Part shown: positions 1 to 14,960 of the stretch, piece after piece
How positions within the stretch are numbered: the stretch's first letter is position 1
Layout of the letters: each line of letters begins with the position of its first letter
Assembly: GCA_964016885.1 (NCBI GenBank)
Contig: OZ024740.1
Location: 69,130,001-69,194,000, forward strand
Length of the DNA: 64,000 bases
Direction of reading: 5' to 3'
Source of the DNA: Eledone cirrhosa
Taxonomy: Eukaryota
The notes under the pieces: model-generated
What the model saw: the letters and a program-made list of their open reading frames with translations, nothing else
Databases searched by the model: none
Told to the model about the DNA's origin: nothing
Position numbers and translations under genes: made by a program

Positions 1-786
1 CTTCATTCTTATTTTCTTTACGTTTTTGGGGTTTCTTTTTTTGTTTTTGTTTTTCTCTGTTTGTTTTTCTCGTTTTTTGCTGTCGTTGCTGTGCTGATTT
101 GGTTTTGTTGTTTGTTTTTTCTTTTTTCTTTTGGGTCTATCTATATATTTTGATGCCTTCCTCTTTGTTAGTAGTAGGAATTCTATAATGTGGAAGTAGC
201 AGCCAGCAGGGGGAAGTGGGAGACTGGCGGCGTTAGCGATACTGATACAGTGGTGGTGGTGATGTCGATACCGAGGCAGTGGTGGCGGTGATGTGACAGT
301 ATTACTGTAGTGATCGTGCTGTAGCGGAGTCAAGGGGTGGTGGCGGCGGTGATGGGATAGTGGTGGTAATGATGGCCGTAGTGAGCGGTGGCGGTGAAGG
401 TGAAAATGTGTCGTTATCTGGCTGTTGTGTTTAGTGTACACAGATGATGGGGTGGGTGGTGTATCTAGTTTCTGGTGTTGGTGAGTTTAGCTGTCCTATA
501 TAGTGTAGCCAGAGGAGAGGAGGGGAGGGGTTCTTCTTCCATTTATAGCCATTTTTTTTTTTTTTTTTTTTCGGGGATATACAGTGCACAATACAAAGTT
601 GAATATTTGAATATTTGAGCCTTATAACAATATATTTTGGGTCCGAATTTTTTGGGGCTCAAGCCGGGTGCTTTACGTAGCATTTGTACTAAGAGTTGTT
701 ATTTCACAAATGGTTTAAATATGTTAAAAATTCAAAACTTACGGGAGCGATTTCATGACCTCCGTCACCTCGTGCGTCTTCTTCCC
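1..786 (-). mobile_element. 5' leader of a Dong/R4-like retrotransposon copy whose body runs off the left edge of the window
   Basis: Near-identical to 59649-60433, which lies directly upstream of the 1082-aa RT-RLE ORF. Both begin GGGAAGAAGACGCACGAGG on the minus strand right next to a (TAA)n tract. Confidence 0.75.
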
Positions 787-787
787 T

Positions 788-837
<50 letters not shown>

Positions 838-838
838 T
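788..838. repeat. (TTA/TAA)n tract separating Dong-like copies
   Basis: Direct reading. Confidence 0.95.
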
Positions 839-1247
839 TTCTTTGTGTCTCAGTCATTGATGTTAGTTAACTGGAAAGTTTGTTGAAATGAATATCAAGC
901 CATTACCTGCAGCCTCAGATATTCAGGACATATCGGAGGGTTCTTGCTGTTCCCAGCAAGCATGCCTTTTGAAGTGTTCCAAAAAGCGGGGCGGGGCCAA
1001 TTTTCTTTAACCACCCCTGGAAACTTGTTGAGATAGTATCTAGTGCGCCTATGACAATCGGGACCACTTTGACTTCATGGCAGTTCCAAATCCTTTTTAC
1101 CTCCCACTTTAAGACCTGGTATCGGTTAATTTTCTCCCTCTCATTCTCTTGCACTCTCGTGTCGAATGGGCAGGCCACATACACAATCAGGCACTATCTT
1201 TTTTCCTTGCCCAAAACCACCAGCTCAGGTCTATTGTGTTCCAGTTT
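839..1247 (-). mobile_element. 5'-truncated Dong/R4-like 3' fragment (RLE C-terminus plus 3' UTR)
   Basis: ORF 915-1184 (VACPFDTRV...KACLLGTARTLRYVLNI) matches the C-terminus of 55961-59209. TTA tracts on both sides. Confidence 0.9.
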
Positions 1248-1409
1248 ATTATTATTATTATTATCATTATTATTATTATTTTAGGTATTGATATTGGTGA
1301 TAATGTATAAAAGCTTTTATTGAGAGAATAATGGCTGCTGAGAAAGAAAATATTTCATTATAACATGAATCGTTACATTTATGAATTGTTAATAATCTTC
1401 TGCATGGTA

Positions 1410-1945
<536 letters not shown>

Positions 1946-2939
1946 TGAGTGAATGCAGGTAGTTAGGTATGGATGTATAATATCATGTAGGCGTTGCATG
2001 CATGTGTTTATAATTAGTTTTATACTGTAAGAATGATTATGAAATGTTGAAATATTCCATAAAACTATGTTAACATCAAGTAGGGTGAAACAAAAAGAAC
2101 CCCGAAATATAAAACAATTACTCCTTTTGATATCAATTTAAATGATTAAATGAAAACCCAGATGAAAACCAAAGAATAAATCCATAAATACATAGAACAG
2201 TAATGATGTACATGTTTTGTTTTTTTCGTAAAGGGAAGAGCTGGAGTGGGAACAATCGCTATGCAATTAATTTAAATCCTTTGGTGAAAAATGTGAGGGA
2301 AACAATTTAGATATATATACAATGATATAATAATAACAAAAATAAACATTAAAACTAATAAATATAAAGACAAATACATATATGGTTGAATATACAAATG
2401 AAAGTTCACGATGTAACCACAAAATGTTATAGGATTGATAGAAAACTGCATAGCAGCCTAAAAAATAAATAATAAAATTCAAAACAAATTAACGAAAATA
2501 CCAAAACATCTATATAATTGTTTGTTTGTTTTAAAAATCGTATTATATTCATATTAATGTTGTCATATTATTAATAATATAATATATCTTTTGTTTTGTT
2601 TCTATAGATTCCATAATAATTATATTGCATTACATTGTATTGTAGATGTAGTCCGTACGAGTAATTTTGTTTGTAATTCTCTGAAACCTTATTTGAAAAT
2701 AATAACTGTAAATGAAATGGATTGAATTTAAACGCAATTCCAATTTCGCAATTCAACACAGTTCGGGTAGATATCATATAACTAATAATATTTGGTCTCA
2801 TTTACATATCACACACACGCACACACACACACACATACACTCAGTCACACACACACACACGCTCACAAACATACACATACACACACACATACACATACAC
2901 ACGCACACCCATATATATAAATATATACATATATATGTG

Positions 2940-2987
<48 letters not shown>

Positions 2988-2992
2988 CACAT

Positions 2993-4237
2993 AGAAGAAT
3001 AAGCCACTATACTTAGCCTTTGTTGACCTAGAGAAGGCCTTTGATAGGGTACCACGATCTGTCATCTGGTGGTCCCTAAGGAAGCTAGGTGTTGAGGAAT
3101 GGCTTGTGAGGACAGTGCAAACTTTGTACAGAGGTACTCTCAGTAAAGTCAGGGTAGGAATGGAGTTTAGTGAGGAATTCCAGATACAAGTAGGAGTACA
3201 TCAGGGTTCGGTCCTCAGCCCGCTCTTGTTCATTATAGTCCTCCAAGCCATAACAGAGGAGTTTAAGACTGGCTGTCCATGGGAACTTCTCTATGCTGAC
3301 GATCTGGTTCTTATAGCAGAATCAGTAGAGGAGCTAGAGAATAAATTATGGCTATGGAAACAGCAGTTGGAAGCAAGAGGACTGAGAATGAATCTAGCTA
3401 AGACAAAAGTGTTGATGAGTAGAAAAGAGGACAAAACCCTGATTCCGTCAGGGAAATGGCCATGTTCGATATGCAGAAAAGGAACTGGCATAAATTCTAT
3501 AAAATGCACACAATGCAGATCCTGGGTACACAAGAGATGTAGCGGGATGCAGGCAAACTAACAGGTAGGGAGAAATATGTATGCAGTAGATGTACAGGGA
3601 AATTAGACAGTAGAAGTCGCATTGATAGACACATTTTTCAAATGCAGGAGGGCGCTATAGAAGTGGTTGATAGCTTCCTTACCTAGGAGATCAGATTAGC
3701 ATGGGAGGAGGGTGTTCCGAGGCCATAGTATCTAGAATAAGGACGGGTTCGAAGAAGTTTAGGGAGCTGCTTCCTCTGTTGACGAAGAATGGTTTCTCCC
3801 TGCGTACGAAAGGCCGGTTGTATGATGCCTGTGTGAGTAGCGCGATGCTGCATGGTAATGAGACATGAGGCAAGCATGCTCGGTTGGATGTGCAGTGTAA
3901 ATGTGCGTGAACGACCCAGCATAAATGTGTTGAGAGAGAAACTGTGTCTGAGAGGGATAGAATGTAGTGTACGGGAGAGGAGTCTGAGGTGGTATAGACA
4001 TGTGATGCGCATGGAGGATGACCGATGGGTGAAGAAGTGCCAGGAATTGCCAGTTGAAGGAAGACGTGGTAGAGGTAGACTACGAAAAACATGGGCGGAT
4101 GTGGTGATAACAGACCTCAGATCATTGAAGCTCACGGTGGAGATGACGAGGGACCGTGGAGAGATGTTGTGCTCAATAAGACCCGTCCCACCCTTGCAAG
4201 CAAGGAAAAGCGGACGTAAAATGATGATGATGATGAT
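2993..4237 (+). mobile_element. 5'-truncated RTE-clade LINE (RT with Cys-rich insert), disrupted
   Basis: Motifs YLAFVDLEKAFDRVP, GVHQGSVLSPLLF, ELLYADD, LRWYRHVMRM and RGRGRLRKTW; (TGA)n tail at about 4222-4237; stops and frameshifts. Confidence 0.9.
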
Positions 4238-4314
4238 ACATACATACATACATATACATACATACATACATACATATACATACATACCTGTACATACATA
4301 CATATACATGTACA

Positions 4315-4346
<32 letters not shown>

Positions 4347-5304
4347 CATGTACATATACATGTACATATACTAATTTAGGGAAACACGCAGCTTTGGCTA
4401 CACATACACAAATGTATTTAAGTGTTTGCTTGTTTCTGTCTGTTACTGTTTGTGCATGTGACAACGTGTGTGTAATATTTAAAGGCATAAAAATGCGCTC
4501 TAATGTAGGTTGATGAATGCTGAATTAATGATTGTAATAATACATTGTATAAACAGAGGTAATATATTAAAATTAATTATTACTTCCTTATATATTGACA
4601 TATGTTCATATACATCAAAAAAAAAAAGTTCACATGTAGAAACTACCTCTCATATAAATTACATATATGTATACATCTATGTGTAAACTACATTGCATCT
4701 ATACATTTCTGACAACATATATACACATCGATAGAATTAAATTTGTTCATATTTATAAATGTATATATGTATATATATATGTATATATATACATATATAT
4801 ATATGCAATTTCTGTGTCTGTGGTGGTGTGTGTCTATGTGTATGTGTACGAAATTCTTCAAAGGAAAATACTTTAATAAAATGTGATTAAATTTTGGACA
4901 CAAAGTTAATTATGAAAATTAAGGATACGACTTTAAAACCGATATACAATTGTTTTATTTTTGTTTTGTTCTTTTTTCAAAGAATTATCGCTAGAATATT
5001 TGATTAAATACATTAATATATCGAAAATAATCTACCCTCCCTTGAACCGTGGTAAAATTCCGATAATTTTACTACAGTTATCTAATTCTCGTATTTTCAT
5101 ATTCGATTATATTTTTGGGAATAACATATAAATTTACTCCTTCAAGTTTTGTATAGAAAATTAAATTGGAAAAAATGTACTATTTCACTTTCATCATCAT
5201 TTTATCCAATCATCGTTAGTACATACGATAAAGTATGTGTACACTTTCATATTTAGTCAAATTTGCAAATATTTTGATTTTAACGTATATATATGTTATT
5301 GAAG

Positions 5305-5465
5305 CAGGGGCAGCAAATTAGCAGAGTCGTTAGAACGTCAGATAGGATGCTTTATGGTATCCTGCTTTCTGCTCTCTTGGTTCAAAACCCGCCATAGTCA
5401 ACTTCGACTTTCATACATTCGAGGTCGTTAAAGAGTACCAGTCTAGTACTACGATCGATTCATGC
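5305..5465 (+). mobile_element. Decayed tRNA-derived SINE
   Basis: GGTTCAAAACCCGCC B-box-like motif and TTTCATACATTCGAGGTCG...GTACCAG core. Confidence 0.6.
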
Positions 5466-6150
5466 TCTATATCTCTTTCTCACTTTTTATTCTTCTCTGC
5501 TGTATTCAGACTTGGAGAGGAGACAGGCTCCTAAAATGCCTTACAACGCCAAGTGTCAATATGGCGCCCGTACCACTCTCTCAGTAGTTACGGACCATTC
5601 CATGCACATGCCAGGATAAAACATGACCGGTTAGTTAAGAATTTTGCTTAGCAATCATCTCACGTGTTCGATACCACTGCATGGCATATTGCCATTAACC
5701 ATGGTCTAGCAGCGACCCATGTCTTGTGAGTAAAATTGGGGTGACAGAAACTGTTTTAAAGTTCATTAGATGGACTGTACCTGAATATCAAATGGGCAAA
5801 TTAATTACACATTGTGTCACTCTGAATCTCTCAAAGAATTACGTTATAGCTACACGTCCCTGTGGAATGTACAGCCTTCTATTTATAAATATCATGGGCG
5901 GGTTTTTCCGTTGATAAAGCTATTGCAACGCCCATTGTCAAAATAGGGTATTCGACTCGCTGGTAATTATAATTATAGTGAAATTTTGATTTCTAGTCTA
6001 GTTCAGCTCTGGTCAATCAGTTGGCTGTCTAGTCATTCTGTATCTAGCTCTACATTGTTACACATTGTTTTCTTTGTTTTGAAGAGAATAATGAAATTTC
6101 ATTGATGTTTTTCATATATATATATATTGATATGTGGATGCGTCTCTATA

Positions 6151-6233
<83 letters not shown>

Positions 6234-6339
6234 TTGAGAAGGAGAGGGAGAGAGAGATTGGAATTTACTGCAGTTTTAATGCTGGTGTCTTCAAAAGATC
6301 ATCTGGACGTCGTTATCGCTTATTTAGTAGGTCTTAAAT

Positions 6340-6460
6340 ACGCACTGATTTTATCGCTCTATTCGTAGATACTTTCGATCGTTGGAATGAAACTTTTTCC
6401 CAACTAAGACCTGGAGATATCGAAACAGAACATGACCATAACAAAAGTTAGATTGATCAA
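6340..6460 (-). pseudogene. Possible decayed mariner/Tc1 transposase C-terminal fragment
   Basis: HVLFRYLQVLVGKKFHSND resembles the mariner (S)DYHLFRxLQxxLxGKKFxSxE motif. No TIRs found. Confidence 0.3.
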
Positions 6461-7075
6461 ATCCGTGTGAAACTGTTGTTGAAGATATCATTGCAATGAT
6501 TTTTTTTTTTAAACCAGGGATAAGTTTTAGACTTACAGTGCAAATGCAACAAAGTAAAGACTCAAAGAAAATAAAAACTAATGTTAATCTTTCAGGGTTT
6601 AATCTCGCAGCTACCGTCAATAACCTTTCCATGCAACATACAAATACAATAGTAGTCATTTGATGTAGGAAGATGGTAGCGATTTATAAGTCGTAGCAGT
6701 AAGCATAAATATGAAACGGGTGGGATGTGTGAAGTAAAGTTTGGGTATAAGGCTTATTTCTTTTTTTAAGAGATGACAGAGAGAAGAGAGGATGGTATTT
6801 ACTATATGCTTAGTCAGCCAAATTGTAAATATTCTATTTTACTAACTGTTAAGTGAAAGATCATTGATACATTCAGTTATTAACAATGTTTGATCTTGTT
6901 ATCAAACGATTTTTCAAGTAAACATTAATATATATACAATGTATATAAATGCGGCATACAAATAATTTACAGATATCCGCATATTGTAATTTGCAATATA
7001 TGTATACATACACAACCCCATGAATATCAATATAAACATACCAATATTTTTTCATATGTATATGAGTGGCTGTGA

Positions 7076-7266
7076 GGGCGGTGGATTGGCAGTATTAGTA
7101 GAGGATCGGACGCCATGCTTTGCAGCATATAGCTACGTCCCTTTACGGACTGAGTTCAGATACCACCGAGGTTAACTTTGCCTTTCATCCTTAGGAGGTC
7201 GATAAAATTATTTACCAATAATGTACTGGGTAATTGCTGGCCTTGTGCCAAATGTAAAAACAATTA
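7076..7266 (+). mobile_element. tRNA-derived SINE (Nin/Deu-like core)
   Basis: A-box-like TGGCAGTATTAG, B-box GAGTTCAGATACC, core CTTTGCCTTTCATCC...GGTCGATAAAAT, 3' end GGCCTTGTGCC...AAACAATTA. Confidence 0.8.
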
Positions 7267-7899
7267 ATATATAAATGAATTAAATACAATCAAATGGAAA
7301 GTAAAGGAAAACCGAAAGTAAACAAATTAAAATATAAAGAACAGAAAAACAAATGGGATGGTTATGGAGCATAGCAAGAGTGGAGGAGGAGAATAGGTGG
7401 AAAGTTTTATCATATAGGGTACATGTTGGGTACTAACCTATTGTTCTATGCGTTCAACTGAGTGCAGTTAAAATAAACAATTATTAAAAACAAGTAAAAA
7501 TTATAATCACTCGGGCAGCTATGCTGAGTGGGTCAATGATATGTAGAAGTGAAATGCATAAGTGATTACATTTTATATAGAACAGTCTCTTGATTGTCTG
7601 TGGATATTTGATCTGTCATCTTAGGCTTAGATGAATTCCTTCACTTTAAGTTATTCTTCTGTATCCATATAATAACCAATATTGATTTTGAATGAACATA
7701 AAAATCAACGTTTCAACTTTCTCTCCTAGAACATACATTCCTGGGTTCTACAGAAAACATAAAAGTCTTCACGTTAATTTTGCATTGAGTGCTATTTATA
7801 CGCTGTTTGTTACCATAGACGCAAGCATCCACTCATGAAAACATACACATATCGGTCCCTCTCTGACCATGCCTGTCCTTCTCTTATAATCTCTCCCTA

Positions 7900-8402
<503 letters not shown>

Positions 8403-9349
8403 CATTAATATTCTTATTATATGTTGCTCAAACATTACTTTTTTTCTTCTTCTTAACGTATATCCTATAATAATAATGCATAGATTCTCCATTTGTTAGT
8501 GCATATCTCCTGAACCGCTTAACGTGGAAACTGTGATTCTCTGTGCCGCTTGCTATATTTTCGATTAGCCGATACCATTTCGTTAAAACGAATTTTTGTA
8601 TATTTATTGCTTTTAACTTTGATGCTTTCTTTTATTTCTCGCTATCTTATATGCGATATTTATTACTTTCTTCCCGTTTTTGCATTATATCTATTCAGTT
8701 CTTCAAGTTGGGTTATTCTGTTATTCCTCATAATCAAACGGCAACGAGTATGGATTTTAATAACAAAATACAACATGGAAAACAAATAAGGAAATAGAAA
8801 TCTTATTATTCTCATCTTTATTCATGGTAAGTTTTCATAGAAATTTGAATAGATACAAATTTCAACACACAAAACATACATACAAATACATAATCACACG
8901 TAGTTACAAATATAATCCCCATACACAACAAACACACAGACACATATTTTTCTCTTTATATGTATATATATTATATATACATTCATATATATATATATGT
9001 GTGTGTGTGTATGAATGTATATATATATATATAATATAATATATATATATATAATATATATATATATATATGAATATATAATATATATATATTATATATA
9101 AAGGTTTACATATATATATATATATATTTTATATATATATATGTATATTTATTTACGGCTCGAAAAGTGTATAAAGTGTCCATATTTGCTATCGTTTAAC
9201 TACGATACATTGCTATCGACATGTTTAACAAATAGAAATGTTGTTGACTCAGACTATAAAAGATAAATTTCATGAATGTATGATCTTTTACAATTAACAT
9301 TTTGAATATTACATCTCTGTCTACTTCTCAATCTCTTTCTCTGTATATA

Positions 9350-9531
9350 TATATAACAAAGAAAGTGTGGTAACATACCAGGTGGACCATAACGCACCGG
9401 GGTACTCGATACTTGTGGTAGTAGAGTAGGTAATAGGAAAAGAGTCAGGACCCCGACGGCTGAGCTGCGGCCGTTTCGACAGCAAGATCTAGTTGTCAAA
9501 ACGGCCGGAGCTCAGACGTCGGAGTCCTGAC
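9350..9531. repeat. Dispersed repeat ending in an 88-nt GC-rich hairpin
   Basis: 9350-9445 is homologous in inverted orientation to 30541-30640; 9444-9531 is a self-complementary stem. Confidence 0.7.
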
Positions 9532-9534
9532 AAT

Positions 9535-9636
<102 letters not shown>

Positions 9637-9652
9637 GCACGCACACACACAT

Positions 9653-9713
<61 letters not shown>

Positions 9714-10441
9714 TCACTTTATTTTTATTATTCCAGAACCCTTACTGTAACTACATCTTTCTTTGCAGTGTTAATATATTCTTTCTGACTTTGCGAAGTA
9801 TACAGCGAGAGCTATTGCAGAAATAACAATTTCGAGGTGCAATCCATAGAGCAAATACTTCTTATCACGTTCTCACCAGTTCCGCTGAGTTCAAATAATT
9901 AAAGTAATTTTAGACGTTCTCACACGAAAAAACATCTTATCAAATTTGAAATATGTCTAACTGAATCTCAGGTTTTTACAATAATTCTTATCATTTTTTT
10001 ACGACGATCACTGAATCTGAATGAAAGATTCATTTTCTTTAGCATAATGTTTATTTATGCAGATGTTTATATATATATATATATGAATGTATGTATGTAT
10101 GTATGTATGTATGTACGTATGTATGTATTTGCATTGCGTGTGCGTGTATCTGTACGAGTGTGTCGTTAAGCTCCTGTGTGTATATGTGCGTGTCACTTTC
10201 TTGCTCTCTCACTCTCCCCCCCTCTCTATATCTCTCTATCTCTCTATCTCTCTCTCACTCACTCACTACATACACGTATTGTATATTTCAGATTCTTCAA
10301 TTTTCTTTCATTTTTTAACAGAGAAGTTGAAATATCTGTTATTTAACTTACTTGAATTTCTTATCGAACACATCAGTTACAAGAAAGTCGCTGTTCTTTT
10401 GAATGAATTCAGTTATTCCATTAGAAAAGCATATGTGTGTG

Positions 10442-10499
<58 letters not shown>

Positions 10500-11106
10500 A
10501 TAAATGTTTGTGCGTAAATATAATTATAGATGTATGTTTGCATGTTTTTATACAGATAATGATTTATAGAATTTTAATGTATGCATGTCTACTTTGAAAT
10601 GTAGCTTTATATTTTGATATGTATTTAGATACTACTCTACATACTGGCATATTTGTACTTGGCGAAGTTACTCTTTCATGCATGTGTGTATACTGGTATT
10701 TACATTGAGTTTAAGTTTAAGAAAACACAAATCTAGCTTGTATATACTCGCTCGTATATGTAGGATTTACTTTTAATTTGAGAATTTATGCAATTTGACT
10801 TTTGACTTAACATAGAATATAATTTATTTGACATGGCATTCCATGTTAGAACCAATCTCATGTAACGTACTGACACATATGAAACATTTTTCTAAACACT
10901 GTCTAACATTATACCTATTCCACACCCTTAAATTCACGAATGAAAAGTGTTATTCTTTCAGCATCCACACATAGGAAACGCATATTATGAACTGGAAGGG
11001 AGCCTTTACAGAATCCACTATTCCTTATAAAAATGTAACGCGCTTTACTTTCTGATGTATTGATTACGTTATTTTACGTGTAAACCTTCTTACAAAGAAA
11101 CATAAT

Positions 11107-11137
<31 letters not shown>

Positions 11138-11544
11138 CTGTGTGTGTGTGTGTGTGTGTGCACTGAGAGAGAGATGAATAGATAGATAGATAGAAACATG
11201 GATCACTACATTGCTTATTTGTGATCTGATATAAAACGAATAGCACCTTCCAAATCTTCGATTTCCGTTTTATCGAAATGTTGCTTGGTTGGTATCTGGG
11301 GTGCTACTTCTAGAGTAAAGAACGATCATCTAGAATTTTCTTCAAATGGTAGTAGGCGGTAGCTAATAGATTTCGGCAGTTGCACGAGTTCCTTTAAATT
11401 ACAGCTGTTGTAGTTACTGCTGTTGTTGTCTAATTATTTTATTAGATTATTTCAAATGTAACACATTATATATTTCACATGTTTCTGACAATAATTTTTT
11501 TTTTTAAATTGAATTCATTTAATGATATAATTCTTTCTCATAAT

Positions 11545-11697
11545 GGTATTTCTGAGTTCAAATACAGAGGGGGTTTGCTTTACCTTTCATCCTTACGGGG
11601 TCGATAAAATAAAGTACTAGTCACGCACTAGGGTCGATTTAATCAACTTTCCGCCGAAAATAAAAATTGCTGGGTTTGTGCCTAAATCAGAAATCAT
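11545..11697 (+). mobile_element. 5'-truncated SINE
   Basis: CTGAGTTCAAAT...CTTTCATCCTTACGGGGTCGATAAAATAAAGTAC... Confidence 0.75.
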
Positions 11698-11869
11698 TTG
11701 CAACAGAATATAGTTTGCAACAGAATATAGTTTCTTACAAAAGCATATGTTGAATAGCATTCAGATAAATATCATTTTAACATTATCGCCTTTGCATCGC
11801 AGAACCGGTGGCGATATCAGCTTGTTTGGTATCAAAATGGTTATGGTACTTGTTCGTCGGTGGGTAATC

Positions 11870-12300
11870 AGCTATGCATTTCGTTTAACGTAAATTTTCG
11901 CAAAATAAATTTTGAGGTCACAAAGCTGTGATCTCTCAATTTGGAGAAGCAGCGGCTCTACTTGGACAGACTCTCTGATCTCCGTGCTAGACACCCAATT
12001 GTGTAACGTTATTTCAAAGACCCTTCGTAGGAACTCCATTTCAGGCGCTTGCATTCGCGATCGTATTAATTCGGTCGTTACACAAGATTCATGACTATAG
12101 GTAAGTGTTGGCACGAATACAGAATTGAAGATAGTGAGTTCGGCTTTTATGCCTACTTCTCTTCTTCTGAGTACTGAATGCTGAAACTGGCACTGCTCCT
12201 GCAATTCTTGAACTTAATTCAGGCTCCGACCTTCCATCACTAGTGAACACGGCCCCGAGTTACTTGAAATTCTATACCTCTTTGCACGGGCTTTCTTGAG
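11870..12300 (-). mobile_element. RTE-clade LINE fragment (post-RT region)
   Basis: IFNSVFVPTLTYSHES...RMQAPEMEFLRRV...EPLLLQIERSQL. Confidence 0.75.
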
Positions 12301-14112
12301 AACATGAGTGTCTCAATCAATTTTTATTTTGATGAAATATAAATTACACTCTAATATGGTTCTAAGTATGATTTCGAAACATGAACGTACATCAAAACGA
12401 AATATATTACATTTTCTTCAAGTGAACGGAAACTCCATGATATCTTCGATTACAGGAAGGTTTTTCAATCCCGAAGCCTTATGAAAATTGATCGAAATTT
12501 GATGACATAATGAAAGTCATTGAAATTAAAATAATGAAATAGAATAAGCTGTAGCCTCATGAATATGTTACAGTATTCAAATATGCGTATCTGTCCTCAT
12601 TTTTTTCCTATGCGACGTTGTGACTGCAAATAAAAATGATTTTTGTTTACTTGCTAGTTCACAGATAAGTAGAAGCAAACACTCGTGCAATATCTGCTCC
12701 TCATAGATAACCTAGCCTTTATATATTGCCACTGTCTCCAATGTAGCAAGTACTTTAAAATAACTTTTGTATGATATGTTTTTCCGGGTAAAATAAGGTC
12801 ATTTTATCCCACCGTGCCGTAAAAAACGGTTAAAAGGGTTAGCAACATAAAGGGTATTTGACAATGAGCGAGAAGCAAGGCTAACCCCTGCCTTAGCAAA
12901 TTAGATCACCTTTAATTGCTCAATGTGTTAAGGCATCCTTTGAACAGGAGTAATTTAGAAAGATGACAATACAATGCAAATTTGAAAGTCTGGTAGATTA
13001 TATGGAAATAATCCTTTGCCTGATGTCCAAAAAAGCCTGTTGGGACGATCACAAGTTACTTCCATTGATGATATTCTTTTCATTTAAATGCGCATGAAGA
13101 AAAAATATATTGACTGGAACAGAAATGTTTAAATGGCATCTTAGAAATATTATATGTGCCATTAACATATTTGAAGTGTCAATTTTAACAACTGGCTCTG
13201 TAAACCTTAATATATTCAAGCGTCCACCAAGTCCTATGCAATGAGTTTCACATCCAATAGCTCTACATTTAAAGTGAATTTGGCAGGGTCTATTGAGTAT
13301 GAATGAGAATTTTAAGACGGTCTTCTTATTTGACTTGTTGATTAATATAGCACAAAAAGTAGAAAATCAATTATCACTAAAGCGACAATATTCCCTCAAG
13401 AAATCAGAACTAGCGAAAGCGTTATATAAAACAACATCACAAAATGGTACAATGGTGGCATATAAAATAGCTCTAGTGAACAACTATTAAGGTATGTCTT
13501 TATATGGTTGAAACTTCCGCAATCTGCATGGCGGACATAAATATAATAGAAAAACTAAGCTTAATGAACAAACCCAGCATGATCAGGACAAGAGAAGTAA
13601 TAGCGTTCGCTATACAAGATAATGATATCCCCCACAGACGTATTGAAAATAGTATTCTCATTTCTTACAGTATATACGATTAATGGTGTATATGTGTTGT
13701 ATTTTCTGGGATAATATACTACATTTGTCAGCGAATTCACAGAACTGTTATGGCGTGGAACAAAATGCCTTGTGGTTCTAGTTTCGGATCTTGTTTTCTT
13801 CGTTAATCCCACCCAACTCAACTATGCTTTTCGTGCTTTAAAGGACAATACGTAAAGAACCGTCTAAGGCGGTTGATTCATGAAATTGCCAGAGCGTCTG
13901 ACGAGATTTTTGACAGTATTTGTTCCGTCTATTCGAGTTCAAATACCAATGCGGTGCACTTAATCTTTCTCCTGGCTTAAGACCACAATCTGCTTTTCTC
14001 TATAGTCATTGATACATTACTATACGAAAACTGTAACATAAAAATATGTAAATATCTTGAACATTTTATGAGCTGTTTTCCAAGATCTGCCTAATAATAA
14101 TATAACAATAAT

Positions 14113-14300
14113 AATTGTTTCTACTTTTGGCACAAGGCCATCAATTACCCAGTGTATTACTGGTACTTTATTTTATCGACCCCGTAAGGATAAAAAGGCA
14201 AGGATAACCTCGGCAGGATTTGAACTCATAACATAAAGGGCCGTAACTCTATGTTGCAAAGCATGGCATCCGACCCTCTACCGATACTGCCAATCCCCCA
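14113..14300 (-). mobile_element. Full-length SINE
   Basis: Reverse complement of the SINE consensus with a (TTA)n tail. Confidence 0.85.
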
Positions 14301-14379
14301 ACAATAACAATAACAGTAATGATGATGGTTTCTGATTTAGGCACACGACCACAAGTTGTTTTAATGTAGTGAGGAAATA

Positions 14380-14960
14380 AAATTGAGGTTTGATATAACC
14401 AATTGTGCAGCAATGTCACTTCCAAGCCGCACGAGTGTAGAATGTAATAGCATTAAATTGACAGCAGGATACGAAATAGATGAAGCAGATGCAGAAGGAT
14501 AAAAATAATTGAGAGTGTTAGAACGTGACAGCACGGTGTGGAAGGAAATGAAAAGGATATGAAAATAATTATATCTGAATATGGTTAGTCTTTGGTGAAA
14601 CGTCACTTGAATGAGCGAAATGTATTCTTGGCAATGAAAACATGAACAACATTATTTACCAGGTGTGGTGCTGCATCCTTAGAATAGGCGAAAGAAGAAA
14701 CCCAAGAGTTGGATAGGCAGACAATGAAACAATTGGTGAAAGGTGTTGCTCTGAATCTAAAGCCAGGCGTCTTAAGGCTGTACATTAGAAGAAAACTTGG
14801 AGAAAGTGGGCTTATTAGGGTTGGAGAATCATGCAGATGAGAGGTAAGTAGTTTGCACTATTACTTGATAAATAGTTATGAGACAGTATTGAAAGTCATA
14901 GAGCGAGATGAGGGACCATCAAAGGACAGTATTAAAAATAAAGAAAACTACAAAGAATGA
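14380..14960 (+). mobile_element. Highly decayed R4/Dong-like post-RT fragment
   Basis: KRHLNERNVFLAMK and LRLYIRRKLGESGLI, compared with KSHLKSRNAISAVN and VDRLYLRRSEGVRGLI in the intact copy. Confidence 0.55.

Noticed and set aside
1-1280. Whole-window (about 59.6 kb) tandem segmental duplication
   Set aside because: Similarity is limited to Dong sequence; flanks beyond 1280 and 60900 differ, and the 3' fragments are different variants.
12800-13860. Possible host exons or old TE coding sequence (also 20330-20800 and 39700-40760)
   Set aside because: No recognisable protein motif or consistent splice frame by eye.
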